From Vicinamibacterales bacterium (GTDB lineage Bacteria > Acidobacteriota > Vicinamibacteria > Vicinamibacterales > 2-12-FULL-66-21), in the NCBI GenBank assembly GCA_036496585.1, contig DASXLB010000037.1, positions 3,497 through 67,496 of the forward strand: a stretch of DNA of 64,000 nt. Reading direction: 5' to 3'. The first letter of the stretch is position 1; every line of letters begins with the position of its first letter. This document shows positions 58,491-64,000 of this stretch, in pieces. Position numbers and translations under genes: made by a program. Under the pieces are notes generated by a model. The model saw nothing but the letters and a program-made list of their open reading frames with translations, was not told the origin of the DNA and did not search any database.

Positions 58491-59912
58491 ATGGGTGTTC
58501 AGGCGATGAGTGTCCAGTTCTGGGTGATCGTCGGGCTCATGGTGCTGGCGATCGCGCTGCTCGGATCGTTTCTGGCATCGCTGTATCGCAAGGCGGGACC
58601 GCACGAGGCGCTGATCGTCTACGGCTTCCGTGGCACCCGCATCGTCAAGGGGCACGGCACGGTCATCTTTCCGATGATCGAGTCGTGCCGTGAGCTGTCG
58701 CTGGAGCTGATGTCGTTCGACGTCGCGCCGGCGCAGGACCTCTATACGAAGCAGGGCGTCGCGGTGACGGTCGAGGCGGTCGCGCAGATCAAGGTCAAAT
58801 CCGACGTGCAGTCGATTCAGACCGCGGCGGAGCAGTTCCTGACCAAGACACCGGATCAGCGCGAGAGCCTGATCAAGCTGGTGATGGAAGGCCACCTGCG
58901 CGGCATCATCGGTCAGCTCACCGTCGAGCAGATCGTCAAGGAGCCGGAGATGGTCGCCGAGCGGATGCGCGGCACCTGCGCCGACGACATGAACAAGATG
59001 GGGCTGGAAGTGGTGTCCTTCACCATCAAGGAAGTCCGCGACAAGAACGACTACATCGTCAACATGGGCCGACCCGACGTGGCGCGGATCAAGCGCGACG
59101 CGGACGTCGCCGCCGCCGAGGCGGACCGCGACACCGCGATCAGGCGCGCGCTGGCGACGCGCGAATCGGCGATTGCCAAGGCGCAGGCCGACCAGGAGCG
59201 CGTGCTGGCCGAAACATTGTCGCAGGCCAAGCAGGCGGAAGCGCAGCGCGACCTCGAGATCAAGCGCGCCACCTACACCGAGACGGTGAAGAGGCAGGAA
59301 GCGCAGGCCGACAAGGCCTACGAGATCCAGACCAACGTGATGCAGCAGCAGGTGGTCGCCGAAGCCGTCCGCGTGCAGCAGATCGAGCGCGAGGCCCAGA
59401 TCAAGGTGCAGGAGGCGGAGATCCTGCGCCGCGAGAAAGAGCTGATCGCGACCGTCCTGAAGCAGGCGGAGATGGAGAAGCAGCGGATCACCGTCCTCGC
59501 CGAGGCCGAGAAGAACCGGCTCACGGTCGAGGCCGAAGGCGTCGCGTCGGCGACCCGCGCCCGCGGCGAGGCCGAGGCCGACATCATCTTCAAAAAGGGA
59601 GACGCCGAGGCGCGCGCCATGAACGTCAAGGCCGAGGCCTACCAGGAGTACAACCAGGCCGCGGTCATCGACAAGCTGCTGACGTCGATGCCCGATATCG
59701 TGGCCGCGCTCGCCGCGCCGCTGAGCAAGGTGGACAAGATCACCATCGTCTCCACGGGCGCCGGCGGATCGACCGGCATGCACAAGATCACCAGCGACAT
59801 GACCGAAATCGCCGCGCAGGTGCCGGCGCTCGTCGAGGCGCTTTCCGGCGTCCCGATGTCGGATCTGCTTTCCAAAGTCCGCAAGCTCGGCGACAAGCCG
59901 GCGGGGGTGTGA
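58491..59912 (+). CDS. Flotillin (SPFH) family protein
   Basis: N-terminal TM; SLELMSFDV, EGHLRGIIGQLTVE, MGLEVVSFTIK; AEA-rich flotillin coiled coil; RBS AGGAGG 9 nt before ATG 58491. Confidence 0.93.
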   Translation: MGVQAMSVQFWVIVGLMVLAIALLGSFLASLYRKAGPHEALIVYGFRGTRIVKGHGTVIFPMIESCRELSLELMSFDVAPAQDLYTKQGVAVTVEAVAQIKVKSDVQSIQTAAEQFLTKTPDQRESLIKLVMEGHLRGIIGQLTVEQIVKEPEMVAERMRGTCADDMNKMGLEVVSFTIKEVRDKNDYIVNMGRPDVARIKRDADVAAAEADRDTAIRRALATRESAIAKAQADQERVLAETLSQAKQAEAQRDLEIKRATYTETVKRQEAQADKAYEIQTNVMQQQVVAEAVRVQQIEREAQIKVQEAEILRREKELIATVLKQAEMEKQRITVLAEAEKNRLTVEAEGVASATRARGEAEADIIFKKGDAEARAMNVKAEAYQEYNQAAVIDKLLTSMPDIVAALAAPLSKVDKITIVSTGAGGSTGMHKITSDMTEIAAQVPALVEALSGVPMSDLLSKVRKLGDKPAGV

Positions 59913-59913
59913 C

Positions 59914-60576
59914 ATGGCAGTACTCGAACGCGTTGCGACGCTGATTCGCGCCAATCTCAACGATCTCATCGATCGGGCCGAAGACCCGGAGAAGATGATC
60001 AAGCAAGTGATCGTCGACATGGAGAATCAGCTCCTGCAGGTGAAGACGCAGGTCGCCATCTCGATGGCCGATCATCACCTGCTCCAGAAAAAACAGGCGG
60101 AGCAGGCCGACAAGGCGGCCGAGTGGATGCGCAAGGCGGAGCTCGCCGTCGACAAGGGGCAGGACGACCTGGCGCGCGCCGCGCTCGAGCGCTATCAGAG
60201 CTTCACGAAAATGGCCGACAGCTACAGCCAGCAGATCGCCGATCAAAAACAGCAGGTCGACGCGCTGCGCCGCGCACTCGAACAGCTCGACCAGAAGCTC
60301 GTGGAGGCGAGACAGAAAAGCGACGTGCTCATCGCGCAGCATCGCCGCGCCCGCGCGCTCGAGCGCGCCAGCGACGCGCAGCTCGTCATGACGGGCACAG
60401 GTCCGGCCGCCGGCTTCGACCGCATGCAGCGCAAGGTCATGCACAGCGAGGCCGTCAGCCAGGCGAAGTCGGCGCTCGTCGCCGACGACGTGGACCGGAG
60501 ATTCGAACAGTTGGAGAAAGACGACGAGATCGGCCGGCTGCTCAACGCGCTGAAGGCGCGCCGCACCGCCTCGTAG
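59914..60576 (+). CDS. pspA: PspA/IM30 family protein
   Basis: LIRANLNDLIDRAEDPEKMIKQVIVDME; AELAVDKGQDDLARAAL. Confidence 0.93.
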   Translation: MAVLERVATLIRANLNDLIDRAEDPEKMIKQVIVDMENQLLQVKTQVAISMADHHLLQKKQAEQADKAAEWMRKAELAVDKGQDDLARAALERYQSFTKMADSYSQQIADQKQQVDALRRALEQLDQKLVEARQKSDVLIAQHRRARALERASDAQLVMTGTGPAAGFDRMQRKVMHSEAVSQAKSALVADDVDRRFEQLEKDDEIGRLLNALKARRTAS

Positions 60577-60590
60577 GAAACAGGAAACCT

Positions 60591-60627
60591 GCGCCTCGTG
60601 CCGGCGCCCGGCGGCGGCACGGGGCGC
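60591..60627 (-). terminator. 13-bp GC hairpin between convergent genes, U-rich tail on the minus strand
   Basis: GCGCCTCGTGCCG / CGGCACGGGGCGC. Confidence 0.6.
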
Positions 60628-60629
60628 GG

Positions 60630-61214
60630 CTACGAACCCGCCTTGGCCGGGGTGAACGTCGCCGCCACGTGCGCGAACACGGGGCGCCACTTCGGCAATT
60701 CATCCCCGGGCGCGATGCAGATCAAGTGATACATCGTCGTTCCCGCCGGGATCGAATACTGCACGACGTGGTCTTTGGCTCCCGACAGACTCGGACGGTC
60801 GTATTGAATGATGATGATCGGCCGCCCCTCCTGCTTCACCACCTGTTGGGTAAAGCTCGACCCGCTCAACTCGCGCGCCTGGACGTCCTTGAGCTCGAGC
60901 GGGGCCAGCGCGTCGATGATCGACGCATCGAACGCTCCCTGCAGGCTCATGTACTCCAGCGCAATCGCCGCACCAGAGTCGTAGCGCTTGGTCTTCTCGG
61001 CGGCCAGGAACACGGTGCCGGTGTGGCCCGGGACCAGTTGCCAGTCCTTCGGCAGCTCGATCGAGAACGTGTTCGCGAAGGTCTTCGGCGGATCGAAGTC
61101 CTTCGGCTTGGCCATCCTGCCGTACCAGGGATTGGCGGTTTGAGCGCTTGCCATCGCCGCGATCGAGCAGCAGGCGAGCAGGGTGATCATGCCGCGGACG
61201 GTTCGGTGCGCCAT
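60630..61214 (-). CDS. Exported hypothetical protein, possibly PsbP/Mog1-like fold
   Basis: Signal peptide; FSIELPKDW and MYHLICIAP...FAHVAATF pattern; RBS GGAG. Confidence 0.65.
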   Translation of the reverse strand: MAHRTVRGMITLLACCSIAAMASAQTANPWYGRMAKPKDFDPPKTFANTFSIELPKDWQLVPGHTGTVFLAAEKTKRYDSGAAIALEYMSLQGAFDASIIDALAPLELKDVQARELSGSSFTQQVVKQEGRPIIIIQYDRPSLSGAKDHVVQYSIPAGTTMYHLICIAPGDELPKWRPVFAHVAATFTPAKAGS

Positions 61215-61231
61215 CTCTGTTCTCCAGGTGA

Positions 61232-62845
61232 TCAACGGATGCGTGCGAGACGCTCCTTGGCCTTGACGTAGCAGGCGTCGCCGCTCGGCAGGAGCTCGAT
61301 GACCTTCTGATACTCCTTCGCCGCCTCGCTGTTGTGCGAGAGCAGGAACGCGGCGTCACCGTTCTGGCACGCGGTCTGGCCGGCCTTCGCTCTCAGTTCG
61401 GTGACGCGGGCGACGTCGGCGCTCACGTCTCGCGACGGATCGAGCGCGCGGGCGCGCTGGTATCCCTGCACCGCAGCGGTCCATTCCTGGCGCTGTTCCG
61501 CCGCCTGCGCGCTGGCGTAAGCGCGGTTGGCGTCGCTGCGCATCGAGGCCTGGGCGGACGCGCGCTGCTGCGCGGCGTCGCGGTAGTTCGGCGGCAGGCT
61601 GTCGAAGCCCCGCATCGCCTCGGCGTAGTGCTGATCCTGAAGCGCCGTGACCGCGTCGTCGTATCGCTTCTTCAAATCCCCGACGCGTGCCGTGTAGGCG
61701 GCTCTGTTTTCTCCCTGCTTCACCTCGACACCGTCGACCACCGCGATCTTCACCCCGGTCTCGCCGGACGGTGCGGCCTTGGCCGGGATGGGCGGCGCCG
61801 GCGTCAGGCATGCCGTCGCCTTGGCGGCCAACGCCTTGGCGCGCTCGTCGTTGGGATCCTGCGCGAGGACCTCATTGATGGAATCGAGAGCCGGCTGGCA
61901 GGTGTTGGCGGCGATCGACGCCTCCGCGGCATCGAGTTTTTGTGTGTTTGCTACCTTCGGATCTACGACCGGCGGGACTACAACCGGCGTCAAAGGCGCT
62001 GGGGCCGTGGGCGGTGCGGTGCACTTCTGCTTCAAGGCGAGCGCCGTTGCGTCGTTGGGATTCGCCTGCAGCGCGACATTGATCTGCTTGTCGAGCGCTT
62101 CCTGACACTGTCCGCTGTTGACCAGGTTCGCCGCGATCGTCGCGTCCCACACGGGCTGTGCGGCGCGGCGGTGCTGGACGAACTTGTAGGCGCCGAACCC
62201 GGATGCGGCGACCAGCACGAGGGCCCCAACGGCCGCCGCGAGCATCTTGGTCGGACTGCCCCCTGATGAAGACGTCCGAACTGTGGCGGTCCCCGAAGGC
62301 TTGGCCGCGGGAGTGAGTGACGGCTTCACGGCCGGCGCTGGCGCTGCCTTGACCGGCGGTGGCGGCGCTGCTGGCAGTGCGTTGAGGGGATCGGTGCTGT
62401 CGAGCAGCGCGCCGGGACCGTCGACCACGGCAACGGGCGGCGGCAGTGGCGGCGCGGGCGGCTCCGCCGGCATCGGGGGCAGGCGGCTGAACAGCTCGGT
62501 GCCGGTGTCGGGAACTGCGTCCTTGATCGGCGTGAACGGCTGCGTGAGCGGCGACACCGCATCGATCGCGACGCGATACGGGCCCATCGCGGCGACCACA
62601 CCAGGTGTGAGGACGACCGACGGGACACGCTTGCCCGAGACCCAGATCCCGTTCTGGCTGTTGAGATCGACCAGACGGTACTTGTCCCCCTCTGGGCGCA
62701 GCTCGGCGTGTGCGCGGGAGACGCCCTTGCCGGGATCCTCGAGCACGACGTCGTTCTCGGCGCTGCGCCCGACGGTCATCGTCTTGCCGGTGAGCGACAC
62801 TTCTGAGTAGCGCGCCTCGCCGCGGTAAATGATCAGTTTGGTCAC
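61232..62845 (-). CDS. FHA-domain membrane protein with C-terminal TPR-like repeats
   Basis: TVGRSAENDVVL...VSRAHAEL...DLNSQNG FHA signature; Pro-rich linker; TM; helical repeats. Confidence 0.9.
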   Translation of the reverse strand: MTKLIIYRGEARYSEVSLTGKTMTVGRSAENDVVLEDPGKGVSRAHAELRPEGDKYRLVDLNSQNGIWVSGKRVPSVVLTPGVVAAMGPYRVAIDAVSPLTQPFTPIKDAVPDTGTELFSRLPPMPAEPPAPPLPPPVAVVDGPGALLDSTDPLNALPAAPPPPVKAAPAPAVKPSLTPAAKPSGTATVRTSSSGGSPTKMLAAAVGALVLVAASGFGAYKFVQHRRAAQPVWDATIAANLVNSGQCQEALDKQINVALQANPNDATALALKQKCTAPPTAPAPLTPVVVPPVVDPKVANTQKLDAAEASIAANTCQPALDSINEVLAQDPNDERAKALAAKATACLTPAPPIPAKAAPSGETGVKIAVVDGVEVKQGENRAAYTARVGDLKKRYDDAVTALQDQHYAEAMRGFDSLPPNYRDAAQQRASAQASMRSDANRAYASAQAAEQRQEWTAAVQGYQRARALDPSRDVSADVARVTELRAKAGQTACQNGDAAFLLSHNSEAAKEYQKVIELLPSGDACYVKAKERLARIR

Positions 62846-64000
62846 GTCGTCCGCCCCTTCGAATCAGACCCGCGGCCGTCGGCGGCCGGCTGCGACGGCG
62901 CCGGGTCCGACGATCTCCAGTTTCGCAACGCTCCCGCGACCCGCTCCCAGAGCCCCGTCGGCTTGGTCAGCGACGCGGTGTCGTCAGGATCGAAGCCTCG
63001 TCCCGTCTCCCCTGGCAAGTCGACGGTCTCGTCGGCCAGCTTTGGATTGGCGGCGATGCGTGTCTGCGCGTGCTGCAGGATCTCGCGCGCTTCGGCGCAC
63101 TCGAGGTCGAGCGCCAGGGCGTTCTCCGCAAGCCATGCCGCCCGCTCCATGTCTCCCTGTGCTTCGGCGGCGCGCGCGCGCTCCAGGATCGGCGCCACCG
63201 CCCGCGCGCGCTGTTTCACGACGCGCTGCCGCTCGGCTTCCGCTTCGGCGCGCGCCTCGTCTTCCTGGATCCTCGCGAGGACCGCCTTGTGCTGCGGGTT
63301 CTGCGGATCGAGATCCGCCGCCGCCGAGACCAGCGCGCGCGCCTTCTGGAACTTGCCGCGCGCCAGCTGCTGCCGCGCTTCCTCGAGGTTCCTGGCCGCC
63401 GCTTCGGCGCGCGCCTGCGCCTCGGCGCGTTGTTTGAGCTCGCCGCCGGCGAGCCCCGACACCTTTCGCGCGAGCACGTGCGCGGCATCGATCGCCAGCG
63501 CGCGAGTGCCGAGGTCGAGCGCCCGCTGAGGATCGCCGGCATTGAGCGCGCTCTCCGCATCGGCGGCGAGCGCCGCGGCTTCCGCGGCGCGCTGCTCGGC
63601 GAGGGCGATGCGGCGCCCTTCAGCCTGCATCTGGCTGATCTCCGCGGCGGCCGCCGGTTCCGGCGTGGTGGCGTGGAACGCCTGCAGCGCCGCGATGGCC
63701 TGATCGCGCTGGCCCGCCGCGAAATCGCGCCGCGCCGCGGCGATCGCCTCGGACGCCTGACGCCGGATCTCCGCGTTCCGCTCGACCTCCGCCATCGAGG
63801 CCTTCAGCTTTGCCTCAGCCGCATCGGCCGCCGAATTGTTCGGAGCCGCCTCGCGCGCGCGTGCGATCTCGATGGCCGCCTCCGAGAACCGCCCGGTCTG
63901 ACGATGCGTGTCGGCACGCTGCAGCGCGCGCTCCGCGTCCTGCCGCCGCTGCTCCGCTTCTTCGACGATCACCGCGCGCGCCTTGTCTCGGAGCGCGAGG
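62842..64000 (-). CDS. C-terminal TPR/coiled-coil part of a large protein (truncated by window), possibly a Ser/Thr kinase
   Basis: Ala/Arg/Glu-rich TPR repeats; stop overlaps the FHA gene start; kinase identity is inferred only from context. Confidence 0.65.
   Translation of the reverse strand, partial: LALRDKARAVIVEEAEQRRQDAERALQRADTHRQTGRFSEAAIEIARAREAAPNNSAADAAEAKLKASMAEVERNAEIRRQASEAIAAARRDFAAGQRDQAIAALQAFHATTPEPAAAAEISQMQAEGRRIALAEQRAAEAAALAADAESALNAGDPQRALDLGTRALAIDAAHVLARKVSGLAGGELKQRAEAQARAEAAARNLEEARQQLARGKFQKARALVSAAADLDPQNPQHKAVLARIQEDEARAEAEAERQRVVKQRARAVAPILERARAAEAQGDMERAAWLAENALALDLECAEAREILQHAQTRIAANPKLADETVDLPGETGRGFDPDDTASLTKPTGLWERVAGALRNWRSSDPAPSQPAADGRGSDSKGRTT

Overview
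A gene-dense, very GC-rich bacterial window. The gene content (TonB-like receptor with a carboxypeptidase-regulatory N-terminus, VWA/TPR proteins, ECF sigma paired with a Ser/Thr kinase) suggests Acidobacteriota, possibly Vicinamibacteria; this is inference. No rRNA, tRNA, CRISPR, integrase or transposase was recognised. Most genes are housekeeping or envelope functions: transporters, peptidases, metH, a haem-type ABC importer, a two-component system and a PspA/flotillin operon. Standout observations: (1) a 3.8 kb single-gene cassette bracketed by an exact 24-bp direct repeat (6281-6304 and 10057-10080), encoding a 1171-aa modular protein with an internal LecA/PA-IL-like lectin domain and a possible pore-forming core; (2) a candidate minimal RiPP locus, with a strongly signalled 98-aa peptide (basic N-terminus, C-terminal CDPQNPDSCGTTMTFWP) coupled to an RRE-SagB-type oxidase and no YcaO nearby; (3) a palindromic repeat element inserted in frame within a SahR-like regulator, with a relative lying intergenically at about 48.9 kb; (4) GTAG-type REP elements, including a 143-bp x3 array; (5) an operon of three periplasmic adaptors plus a MacB-type permease with no ATPase. 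Where the ORF track start looked too long, starts were re-chosen by eye. All family assignments are from motif recognition, not database searches.
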